Source of the DNA: Chitinophagales bacterium
GTDB lineage: Bacteria > Bacteroidota > Bacteroidia > Chitinophagales > CAIODY01
Direction: 5' to 3'
Assembly: GCA_947449695.1 (NCBI GenBank)
Contig: CANFST010000012.1
Location: forward strand, 6,460 to 70,459
Length of the DNA stretch: 64,000 nt
Part shown: positions 10,355 through 18,506 of the stretch, piece by piece
Position numbering within the stretch: the first letter of the stretch is position 1
Layout: each line of letters begins with the position of its first letter
The notes under the pieces: model-generated
Told to the model about the DNA's origin: nothing
The model's input: the letters and a program-made list of their open reading frames with translations, nothing else
Database searches by the model: none
Program-made: the position numbers and the translations under genes

Positions 10355-10438
10355 TGCCCGAGAAAGGAGTCGAACCTTCATGAACTTTCGTTCGCTGCGA
10401 CCTGAACACAGTGTGTATGCCAATTTCACCACTCGGGC
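10355..10438 (-). tRNA. tRNA-Leu (anticodon CAG), type II with long variable arm, no encoded CCA
   Basis: Hand-folded on the minus strand. Acceptor GCCCGAG/CTCGGGC, D stem GTG/CAC, anticodon stem CTGTG/CGCAG with loop TTCAGGT. Variable arm GAAC-GAAA-GTTC, T arm GAAGG-TTCGACT-CCTTT, discriminator A. Confidence 0.95.
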
Positions 10439-10444
10439 AACGTG

Positions 10445-10527
10445 AGTTTGTAAAGTTAAAAAGTTCATAAAGTAGAAAGTAAAACCTGCTACTTTATAAA
10501 CTTTTCACTTGATGAACTTTACAAACT
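10445..10527 (-). other. Nested long hairpin between the gdh stop codon and tRNA-Leu
   Basis: Outer 13-bp stem agtttgtaaagtt (10445-10457) pairs with aactttacaaact (10515-10527). Inner 9-bp stem ataaagtag (10467-10475) pairs with ctactttat (10489-10497). No U-run follows on the minus strand. Confidence 0.6.
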
Positions 10528-10529
10528 GA

Positions 10530-11966
10530 TTATGGGAAAATACCCAATTGTAAATAGCTTTCGCCAATTTTATTGATTGCATTCACAAATGCAGCTGTAC
10601 GCATATTGTCAATCTTTTTGTTGGCTTTATAGATTTCACGGATTTCATGGAATGAACCAATCATGGTGTCTTCCAAGCCGCTATAAACTAAATCAACTTC
10701 ATCAGGACCATGAGCAATAACAGCTCTTTCAGCCGCAGATACTTTTTTTCCAGTCATTTCTTCTACTGTTTTCAACATCGCATTATGGTTGTTTTCTTGG
10801 AAACGTTTTTCCATACGACCATAACGAACATGGCTCAAATTTTTTAACCATTCAAAGTAAGAAACTGTAACACCACCTGCATTCAAATACATATCAGGTA
10901 CTACTACTGCTCCTTTTTTTATCAAGATTGCATCAGCATCAGGCGTTAAAGGTCCGTTTGCTGCTTCACCAATGATTTTAGCTTTTACTTTTCCAGCATT
11001 GTTTGCATCAATCACATTTTCTAATGCAGCAGGAATTAAAATATCGCAATCCGCTTCTAAAACATCACTTGCTTTTTTAGTGCTTTTAGTGGCGCCTTTG
11101 TAATTCAGAATTGAACCAGTTTCTTTTTTGCATTTGAATACTGCATCAACATCTAATCCTTTAGGGTTGTAGATAGTTCCTTCCATTTCACTCAATGCAA
11201 CCAGGATTGCACCATGCTTTTGGAAGAAATAAGCAGCATGATAACCAACGTTTCCTAATCCTTGTACAGCAACACGTTTACCTTCAATGCCAGTAGTCAA
11301 ACCTAATTTTTTCATATCCTCAGGCACGTTACATAATTCTCGAACACCATAGAATACACCTAAACCTGTAGCTTCTTTTCTACCACGAACACCTCCTTGA
11401 GAAATTGCTTTACCAGTGATACAACCAGCAGCATCAATTTCACCCGGTTTCATGGAGGTGTAAGTATCTAAAATCCATCCCATTTCACGTTCGCCTGAAC
11501 CATAATCAGGTGCAGGAACATCAGTGCCAGGTCCGATGAAATTTTTCTTAATCAACTCAGCCGCATAACGACGGGTGATTCTTTCCAATTCATCCACTGT
11601 ATATTTTTTAGGATCGATTTTGATACCACCTTTACCACCACCAAATGGTACATTCACTGTAGCACATTTGTAAGTCATTAAAGAAGCCAACGCCATTACT
11701 TCATCCTGATTAACTCCCATACTGTAACGTATACCACCTTTACAAGGTAATTTATGATGTGAATGTTGCACACGGTAAGCTTCGATAACTTCAATTTTGC
11801 CACCAATCTTAACTGGGAAACGCATTTGATAAACGCTATTACAAGCTTTTATTTGCTCCAACAATCCTTGTTCATAATTAGTAAATTTCGAAGCTTTATC
11901 AAACGAACTTTCAACACTTTGAAAAAAGCTATACTCTGCATGTGCATTAGTAGATTTCTTTGCCAT
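10530..11966 (-). CDS. gdh: Glutamate dehydrogenase (Glu/Leu/Phe/Val dehydrogenase family)
   Basis: Catalytic region KGGIRY...VPFGGGKGGI and Rossmann motif VQGLGNVG. Confidence 0.9.
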   Translation of the reverse strand: MAKKSTNAHAEYSFFQSVESSFDKASKFTNYEQGLLEQIKACNSVYQMRFPVKIGGKIEVIEAYRVQHSHHKLPCKGGIRYSMGVNQDEVMALASLMTYKCATVNVPFGGGKGGIKIDPKKYTVDELERITRRYAAELIKKNFIGPGTDVPAPDYGSGEREMGWILDTYTSMKPGEIDAAGCITGKAISQGGVRGRKEATGLGVFYGVRELCNVPEDMKKLGLTTGIEGKRVAVQGLGNVGYHAAYFFQKHGAILVALSEMEGTIYNPKGLDVDAVFKCKKETGSILNYKGATKSTKKASDVLEADCDILIPAALENVIDANNAGKVKAKIIGEAANGPLTPDADAILIKKGAVVVPDMYLNAGGVTVSYFEWLKNLSHVRYGRMEKRFQENNHNAMLKTVEEMTGKKVSAAERAVIAHGPDEVDLVYSGLEDTMIGSFHEIREIYKANKKIDNMRTAAFVNAINKIGESYLQLGIFP

Positions 11967-11976
11967 AAAATTTTAG

Positions 11977-12207
11977 TTATTGTTTTTTATCTTGATTAAG
12001 TTGTTTTTCTACCGAGGATACTTTGCGGTCAATAGTAAATAGAAAAATAAAAAGACCTAGAAGGATAATAGTAACAACAGCTACTACCACCCATATTTTT
12101 CCGTCATTTCGCAAAGCATCAGCCATATCAGCGGCCGATGCACTTTTTGATACCAATGCTGCAATAATTAAAGCAGCTATATTTTTGATTCGTTTGGAAG
12201 GTTTCAA
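11977..12207 (-). CDS. CcmD-like small single-pass membrane protein
   Basis: 76 aa. DGKIWVVVAVVTIILLGLFIFLFTIDRKVSSVEKQL resembles Bacteroidota CcmD family proteins from memory. It lies 10 bp upstream of gdh. Confidence 0.5.
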   Translation of the reverse strand: MKPSKRIKNIAALIIAALVSKSASAADMADALRNDGKIWVVVAVVTIILLGLFIFLFTIDRKVSSVEKQLNQDKKQ

Positions 12208-12301
12208 TTTTTAGTTTTTAAAATTGAGGCAGCAAACGTACAGCAATTTGATTAATTGTGCAAAATAAATTTGAATGTTAATAAACAATGCATTGTTAAA
12301 A

Positions 12302-12309
12302 TATCTTTG
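12302..12309 (+). promoter_or_regulatory. Candidate Bacteroidota -7 box (TAtcTTTG) for hemW
   Basis: Matches the TAnnTTTG consensus, 12 nt upstream of ATG 12322. Confidence 0.35.
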
Positions 12310-12321
12310 AGCAAATTTATT

Positions 12322-13452
12322 ATGGCAGGTATTTATATTCATATCCCGTTTTGCAAACAAGCATGCAATTATTGTAATTTTCATTTTAGCACTTCCTTGC
12401 ATTATAAAAATGATTTGTTGAAAGCAATATTACTAGAAATAAAAATGCAACAATATTTTTTAGAAAATGAAAAAATTGAAACCATTTATTTTGGAGGAGG
12501 CTCTCCATCCATTTTAGAAACTGATGAAGTGAAACGAATAATTGAAGTTATCTATAACAATTATAATGTAGGTGATTTGAAAGAAGTAACACTTGAAGCT
12601 AATCCAGATGATTTGTCAGGACAAAAAATTAAAGAATTAAAAAACACTGTTATCAATCGTTTTAGCATTGGTGTGCAATCTTTTTTTGATGAAGATTTGA
12701 TTTGGATGAATCGTGTGCATAATTCACAACAAGCAGATAGAGCAATCAAAACAGCCCAAGATGCAGGTTTTCATAACCTTACCATTGATCTGATTTATGG
12801 TATCCCTACTTTAAGCAATGGAAATTGGATAAAAAACCTTTCTAAAGCTCTTGATTTGCAAGTGCCCCATATCTCAGCTTACGCTTTAACAGTTGAAGAA
12901 AAAACACCACTGCATAAAATGATTTCAAAACATGAAAAGGAAAATGTAGATGAAAAAAGATCAGCCGCACAGATGATAATGTTGATAGAAACTTTAATCA
13001 GCAATGATTTTGAACATTACGAAATAAGTAATTTTGCAAAATTTAACCAGTATGCATTGCATAATACAAACTATTGGAAAGGTGAAAAGTATTTAGGAAT
13101 TGGTCCTTCAGCGCATTCATTTAATGGCAATGAACGACGTTGGAATGTGAGCAACAATCAACAGTATTTTCAAGGCATTTTTAGTAATAAATCAATATTT
13201 GAAAATGAAATTTTATCAGCTAAAGATCAATTCAACGAATGGTTAATGACTGGTTTGCGAACTCAGTGGGGATGCGATTTAACTGTAGCGAAAATGAAAT
13301 TTGATGAAAGCTGGATAAAAGAAATTCTTCAAGATGCCGAACCTTATTTTAATGCTAAAAAAATGATGCAATTAGAAAACAAATTAATTTTGACTAATGA
13401 AGGCAAATTAATTGCCGATAGAATAATCAGTGATCTGATGATTGTAAAATAA
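12322..13452 (+). CDS. hemW: Radical SAM heme chaperone HemW (HemN-like)
   Basis: MAGIYIHIPFCKQACNYCNF (CxxxCxxC radical SAM motif) and IYFGGGSPS. The ATG at 12322 is preferred over the ORF-track start at 12256. Confidence 0.85.
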   Translation: MAGIYIHIPFCKQACNYCNFHFSTSLHYKNDLLKAILLEIKMQQYFLENEKIETIYFGGGSPSILETDEVKRIIEVIYNNYNVGDLKEVTLEANPDDLSGQKIKELKNTVINRFSIGVQSFFDEDLIWMNRVHNSQQADRAIKTAQDAGFHNLTIDLIYGIPTLSNGNWIKNLSKALDLQVPHISAYALTVEEKTPLHKMISKHEKENVDEKRSAAQMIMLIETLISNDFEHYEISNFAKFNQYALHNTNYWKGEKYLGIGPSAHSFNGNERRWNVSNNQQYFQGIFSNKSIFENEILSAKDQFNEWLMTGLRTQWGCDLTVAKMKFDESWIKEILQDAEPYFNAKKMMQLENKLILTNEGKLIADRIISDLMIVK

Positions 13453-13484
13453 AAAAGGGATGATAAATCATCCCTTTTTTATTT
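13451..13484. terminator. Bidirectional intrinsic terminator between hemW and the THX gene
   Basis: gggatga (13457-13463) pairs with tcatccc (13468-13474) around loop taaa. An A-run lies upstream and a T-run downstream, between convergent genes. Confidence 0.75.
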
Positions 13485-13492
13485 TCAGAAAA

Positions 13493-13636
13493 TTATTTTT
13501 TTTCTGCTGATTTTTTTGCCGCTTTTTTAGGCGCAGCTTTTTTTACTGCGGCTTTTTTAAGTTTTTGCGGACGAGTATTGCCGAAAGAACCAGCAGCAAT
13601 TTTCCCTTTTTTTGTGCGTTTATCGCCTCTTCCCAT
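13493..13636 (-). CDS. 30S ribosomal protein THX with Lys/Ala-rich tail
   Basis: MGRGDKRTKKGKIAAGSFGNTRPQK matches the THX signature (Thermus: [26 protein letters not shown]). A KKAAVKKAAPKKAAKK tail follows. Start at ATG 13636. Confidence 0.8.
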   Translation of the reverse strand: MGRGDKRTKKGKIAAGSFGNTRPQKLKKAAVKKAAPKKAAKKSAEKK

Positions 13637-13710
13637 GATATTTTTGTTTAGTTGGTTAAAAGAATAATTTTTTTCAAAGCTCAAAAGTAGTGTTTGATTT
13701 TGATAAAATA

Positions 13711-13743
13711 AAAAAAGCAAGATTTCACAACCTTGCTTTTTTT
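13711..13743 (-). terminator. Intrinsic terminator downstream of the HU gene
   Basis: gcaag (13717-13721) pairs with cttgc (13732-13736). Flanking A-run and T-run would allow function in both orientations. Confidence 0.55.
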
Positions 13744-13762
13744 AAGAGTGATGCAAATAAAA

Positions 13763-14038
13763 TTATTTGTTCACTTTGCCAGATAATTGTTTGCCAGCTT
13801 TGAAACGAACCACTTTACGAGCAGCGATTTTAATCGGTTTGCCAGTTTGAGGGTTACGTCCATTACGAGCAGCACGTTTAGAAACACTGTAAGTGCCAAA
13901 ACCAACTAAAGTGATTTTGCCACCTTTTTTCAAAGTGTCTTCTGTGCTTTTCATGAAAGAATTCAAAGCTGTTTCTGCTTGAGCTTTGCTGATTTTTGCA
14001 TCAGATGCAATTTTTGAAACTAAATCTCCTTTGTTCAT
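13763..14038 (-). CDS. hup: HU family DNA-binding protein
   Basis: MNKGDLVSKIA...GFGTYSVSKRAARNGRNPQTGKPIKIAARKVVRFKAG. Confidence 0.92.
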   Translation of the reverse strand: MNKGDLVSKIASDAKISKAQAETALNSFMKSTEDTLKKGGKITLVGFGTYSVSKRAARNGRNPQTGKPIKIAARKVVRFKAGKQLSGKVNK

Positions 14039-14433
14039 GATAAAATTTTTGTTTGGTTAATTAATTAAATTACGAAATCAAATATACGCATAGAATCAAC
14101 CATTTCAAGGCTTTTTTAACCTGAAGATGTTGATAAACCTATGCTTCGCAGATTGGTGAAAAAAGCGAATGCTTTTTTGCATTGAAAATCAATGTAAAAT
14201 AAATAAAAAAATAATTGTTTTAAGTTTTTTAAATTATTTGAAGTGTTGATAAATAAAGGCTTTAACACTTGACATGCTTCTGAAACAGGCTTTAAAGGCT
14301 GTTTTATAGACCATCTAAATTATTATAAATGAGATGATATTTAATTGCACCCCACATTCATTAATATTAGACAATACACATTTTTGTTTTACAATTTTTT
14401 GAATTGAAAAAATATTAGCTGCCATGCAAAAAT

Positions 14434-14441
14434 TATTTTTG
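14434..14441 (+). promoter_or_regulatory. Candidate -7 box (TAttTTTG) for the acyl-CoA dehydrogenase gene
   Basis: TAnnTTTG match, 20 nt upstream of ATG 14462. Confidence 0.4.
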
Positions 14442-14461
14442 AAAAAAAATGCAAGAAATTT

Positions 14462-16234
14462 ATGAGCAAATTAAAAGGAGGCGAATTCGTCATCAAAGAA
14501 TCAATAGCTGAAGATATTTTTACACCAGAAAGTTTTACTGAAGAACAAAAATTAGTAGCTCAAACTTGTCATCAATTTTTGGTTGCAGAAGTGTTTCCAA
14601 ATTTAGATAAAATTGATAAGCAAGAAGACAACATTATGGTTGATTTGCTGAATAAATGTGGTGAGTTAGGTTTGCTTGGAGCAAGCATTCCTGCTGAATA
14701 TGGTGGATTAGGAGAAGATTTTATCACAGGTACATTGATTAATGAAACATTAGGTGCTGGTAATTCATTCGCAGTAGCAAGTGCCTGTCATACAGGTATT
14801 GGTTCGTTACCGATTTTATATTTTGGTAATGAAGCAACTAAACAAAAATACTTACCAAAATTGGCAACGGGTGAATGGAAAGGCGCTTATTGCTTAACCG
14901 AACCAGGTAGCGGCAGCGATGCTTTAGCTGCAAAAACAAAAGCTGAATTATCGGCCGATGGTAAACATTATATTTTGAACGGACAAAAGATGTGGATTAC
15001 CAATGCAGGTTTTGCTGATGTATTCAGTGTGTTTGCAAAAATTGATGGCGATAAATTTACAGGCTTTGTGGTTGAACGTGGCTTTGAAGGCATTTCATTT
15101 GGTGAAGAAGAACACAAAATGGGCATCAAAGGAAGCAGCACAAGGCAAGTGTTTTTTAACAATTGCAAAGTACCTGTTGAAAATGTTTTAGGTGAAATTG
15201 GCAAAGGACATAAAATTGCTTTTGATATTTTAAATATTGGTCGTTTGAAATTGTGTGCTGCAACATTAGGCGGTGCAAAACGCTCAATGAATATAGCTTT
15301 AGACTATGCTCAAACTCGTCAGCAATTTAATTTACCATTAGTAAAATTTGGTGCAATTCGTCATAAGTTGGCTGAAATGGCAATCAAAACATTTGCTTCG
15401 GAAACAGCTTTGTATCGCACTGCCAACATGATTGATGAAATGGAAAAAGAATTGCAGGCTGGCGGAATGGATGTATCAAGTGCTTTATTAAAAGCATCAG
15501 AAGAGTTTGCAGTGGAATGTGCAATTTTAAAAGTGTTTGGTAGCGAAGCTTTAGATTATGTAGTAGATGAAGGTGTACAAATATTTGGCGGTTATGGCTT
15601 TAGTGAAGAATATCCATTAGCTCGTGCATATCGTGATTCAAGAATCAATAGAATATTTGAAGGCACTAATGAAATCAATCGTTTGCTTTCGGTAGATATG
15701 TTGTTGAAACGTGCCATGAAAGGTGAATTAGATTTACTAACGCCTGCCACTGCTGTTCAAAAAGAATTGATGAGCATTCCTGATTTTAATGAAAGCAATG
15801 AAGGTTTATTAGCAGCAGAGAAAAAAGTGATTGCTAATTTGAAAAAAGCCATCTTATTAACTGCTGGTGCTGCGGTGCAAAAGTTAATGATGAAAATTAG
15901 TACCGAACAGGAAATATTGATGGATTGTGCTGATATGATGATTGAATTATTTGTCAGCGAATCATTATTATTACGTGTTGAGAAAATGATTAAAGCCAAC
16001 GGCGAAGCTGCTTCGGCTGTGTATTTGGATATCTTAAGAACTTACATGAGCGATGCTTGCGAAAGAGCTTTTGTGAGTGGTAAACATGCAGTAACAGCAT
16101 TCACCGAAGGCGATGAGCAACGCATGTTGTTATTAGGCATTAAACGTTTTACAAAAATGGATTCATTTAACACCAAGGATGCAAGACGCAGAATTGTGGC
16201 TAAAATGCTAGAGAAGAATAGTGGCATTTTTTAA
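14462..16234 (+). CDS. Acyl-CoA dehydrogenase family protein (long form, about 590 aa)
   Basis: YCLTEPGSGSDA, WITNAGFADVF, and GGYGFSEEYPLARAYRDSRINRIFEGTNEINRL containing the catalytic Glu region. Confidence 0.87.
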   Translation: MSKLKGGEFVIKESIAEDIFTPESFTEEQKLVAQTCHQFLVAEVFPNLDKIDKQEDNIMVDLLNKCGELGLLGASIPAEYGGLGEDFITGTLINETLGAGNSFAVASACHTGIGSLPILYFGNEATKQKYLPKLATGEWKGAYCLTEPGSGSDALAAKTKAELSADGKHYILNGQKMWITNAGFADVFSVFAKIDGDKFTGFVVERGFEGISFGEEEHKMGIKGSSTRQVFFNNCKVPVENVLGEIGKGHKIAFDILNIGRLKLCAATLGGAKRSMNIALDYAQTRQQFNLPLVKFGAIRHKLAEMAIKTFASETALYRTANMIDEMEKELQAGGMDVSSALLKASEEFAVECAILKVFGSEALDYVVDEGVQIFGGYGFSEEYPLARAYRDSRINRIFEGTNEINRLLSVDMLLKRAMKGELDLLTPATAVQKELMSIPDFNESNEGLLAAEKKVIANLKKAILLTAGAAVQKLMMKISTEQEILMDCADMMIELFVSESLLLRVEKMIKANGEAASAVYLDILRTYMSDACERAFVSGKHAVTAFTEGDEQRMLLLGIKRFTKMDSFNTKDARRRIVAKMLEKNSGIF

Positions 16235-16317
16235 TCATACATTTTTCATTTAAACAAAAACAATTAGTTTTGTACGGAATAATTAATTTTACACAGGCGA
16301 AAAAATAAAACCATACT

Positions 16318-16839
16318 ATGCAAAAAAAAATATTTTACTTTTTGCTTTCAATTGCAATTCCGCTTGTATTTACGCAATGTTCAGACGATATGTACCAAGC
16401 TAAAACAGATACTAAAGGCAATACTTTATATGTGGGCAAAGGCAACGAACAAGTTTTTTTCGACCATGAAGATTTGTATTGGTTTCGTTCAGGCTATGAT
16501 GACTATAAGCCCAACAATGATACAATTGAAGAATTAAAAAGATGGAAAAATGATATTTATTTTATAGTTTTTGCAGGTACTTGGTGTGATGATACTAAAG
16601 ATTTATTGCCAAAATTTTATAAAATGGCAACTGAGGCTGGATTCACTAGAAAAGAGGTAACTCTTTATTTGGTTGACCGTGACAAAAAAAGTGCTGATGG
16701 AGCTGCTCAATTATTACATATTGACAAAGTGCCTACAATTATCACATTCCGAAGTGGTCGAATGATTGGCCGAATTGAGGAAAGTGCCTCTAAACCTATT
16801 GAGCAAGAAATCTTAGATTTAGTAAAAACCACTTGGTAA
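16318..16839 (+). CDS. Thioredoxin-fold lipoprotein with a single-Cys active-site motif
   Basis: Signal/lipobox VFTQC. Thioredoxin-like FAGTWCDDTKDLLPKF, where the usual WCxxC is WCDDT, followed by VPTIITF. Confidence 0.55.
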   Translation: MQKKIFYFLLSIAIPLVFTQCSDDMYQAKTDTKGNTLYVGKGNEQVFFDHEDLYWFRSGYDDYKPNNDTIEELKRWKNDIYFIVFAGTWCDDTKDLLPKFYKMATEAGFTRKEVTLYLVDRDKKSADGAAQLLHIDKVPTIITFRSGRMIGRIEESASKPIEQEILDLVKTTW

Positions 16840-16869
16840 TTTTTTCTATTATTTTACTGCAACTAATTA

Positions 16870-17448
16870 ATGCCGATGAAAGCTATTATTGAAAATATTA
16901 TTCTGTCATCTATTGATGTAAAACAAAAATTATTAGCTGAGCCTTTTGTTTTGAATACTATCGAAAACATTGTTGATGAATTGGTAGAATGTTTTAAAAA
17001 CGGTGGCAAAGTTTTATTTTGTGGCAATGGCGGAAGTGCAGCTGATGCACAACATATTGCAGCTGAATTAAGTGGTAGGTTTTACACCGATCGACCACCT
17101 TTATATGCTGAAGCACTACATGTAAATACTTCTTATTTAACTGCTGTGGCAAATGATTACAGCTACGATATAGTTTATAGTAGAATGGTTGAAGGATGTG
17201 GAAAAAAAGGCGACATATTGTTTGGTATTAGTACAAGCGGTAATTCGAAAAATGTAATCAATGCATTAAATGTTGCTAATGAAAAAGGAATGATTACTAT
17301 TGGTATGACAGGGGATAGTGGAGGCAAAATGAAAACTATTTGCAAATATTTATTGAATGTACCATCTAACGATACTCCAAGGATTCAGGAATCACATATC
17401 TTGTTAGGACACATCATTTGTCAGCTGGTAGAAGAAAAAATGTTTTAG
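16870..17448 (+). CDS. gmhA: D-sedoheptulose 7-phosphate isomerase (SIS domain)
   Basis: FCGNGGSAADAQHIAAEL...GISTSGNSKNV...ESHILLGH. Confidence 0.8.
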   Translation: MPMKAIIENIILSSIDVKQKLLAEPFVLNTIENIVDELVECFKNGGKVLFCGNGGSAADAQHIAAELSGRFYTDRPPLYAEALHVNTSYLTAVANDYSYDIVYSRMVEGCGKKGDILFGISTSGNSKNVINALNVANEKGMITIGMTGDSGGKMKTICKYLLNVPSNDTPRIQESHILLGHIICQLVEEKMF

Positions 17449-17489
17449 TCCTTTTAGGTTTTTAGCAAGCTTTTTTTAATAAATCATTC

Positions 17490-18479
17490 ATGTTGCAATT
17501 TCATCAATATTGCCAAATTTTAGAGGTAAGTGAAACTGCTCCTTTAGATGAAATTGTAAAGGCGTATCGAAAAAAGGCAAAGGCAGTTCACCCCGATATT
17601 AATCCTCATCCGCAGGCACATATACAATTTGTATTGTTGAATGAAGCTTTTGTTTATTTGAAAAAACACAAAGCACAACCTCATACAACATTTGCTCAGC
17701 AAAGTTATTGGGAAACATGGCAGCAAGAAAAACAAGCTGCTAACCAAGCTGCGCAGCAACAAGCCGACATGCGTTATCGTGATTATATCCAATCGGATGA
17801 ATACCGGTATCTAAATTCGTTAAATATTATTGTTGACCATATTGCAATTGTATTATCAATGGCTTTGCCGATCGCTTTACCATCTTTATTTTTTTGGTGG
17901 CTTGGTAAAAAAGCATGGCTGATAGTAGTTATATTTTTGCTATTGCCGGTTCCTTATTTCATAGAAGGATGGCGCATTAAAAACAAATTTAATCCCAACC
18001 AGTTTTATGCGGCATTAAAATTTTCAATTCGGTTTCATGATTTTCAATTATTGCTTTTATCTATTATTAATGTGGTGTTGTTTTGGAACTACTGCTTACC
18101 TACCATGATTTTTATGCGTTACATTTTATTATTATTTGGAATAGGCATTTTAGTTTGTTTTTTGCTATGGAAATATTTTTTTAAAGAAAAAATAAAATCT
18201 CATTGGAGCAGAATAGTATTCGGCATTGCACCTTTGGTTTGTAATTTATTGTTTGTAATAAACTATTTTTTGTGCACGAATTTGCACCATGAAAAATTCA
18301 CATTCAGAGTAGCTGCCAAAACCACAGAGATTGAATTGAAAGATGGTGCTTATAAAGATTTTACTTATATCCGATTTTTTGTTGAGCCTGATAAGCTTCT
18401 ACATTATTCAATTGTAGATTACCAGTTTGCCACAGGAATATATGGGTGGAAGGTGATGAAAAAATGTGATTTTGAATAA
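17490..18479 (+). CDS. J-domain (DnaJ-like) polytopic membrane protein
   Basis: N-terminal J domain YQILEVSETAPLDEIVKAYRKKAKAVHPD with an HPD motif. A Gln-rich linker follows, then about 6 hydrophobic helices. Confidence 0.7.
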   Translation: MLQFHQYCQILEVSETAPLDEIVKAYRKKAKAVHPDINPHPQAHIQFVLLNEAFVYLKKHKAQPHTTFAQQSYWETWQQEKQAANQAAQQQADMRYRDYIQSDEYRYLNSLNIIVDHIAIVLSMALPIALPSLFFWWLGKKAWLIVVIFLLLPVPYFIEGWRIKNKFNPNQFYAALKFSIRFHDFQLLLLSIINVVLFWNYCLPTMIFMRYILLLFGIGILVCFLLWKYFFKEKIKSHWSRIVFGIAPLVCNLLFVINYFLCTNLHHEKFTFRVAAKTTEIELKDGAYKDFTYIRFFVEPDKLLHYSIVDYQFATGIYGWKVMKKCDFE

Positions 18480-18506
18480 TTTTATTTTTTTGTTAATCAT
18501 GTTAAA

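Noticed and set aside
12211-12402. 63-aa minus-strand ORF across the hemW promoter and start.
   Set aside because: It overlaps the well-supported radical-SAM N-terminus of hemW on the opposite strand and has no signal of its own.
13493-13575. Repetitive gcngcnttttt/aaaaa tracts that look like a simple-sequence repeat.
   Set aside because: They encode the Lys/Ala-rich tail (KKAAVKKAAPKKAAKK) of ribosomal protein THX on the minus strand. It is not an independent repeat element.
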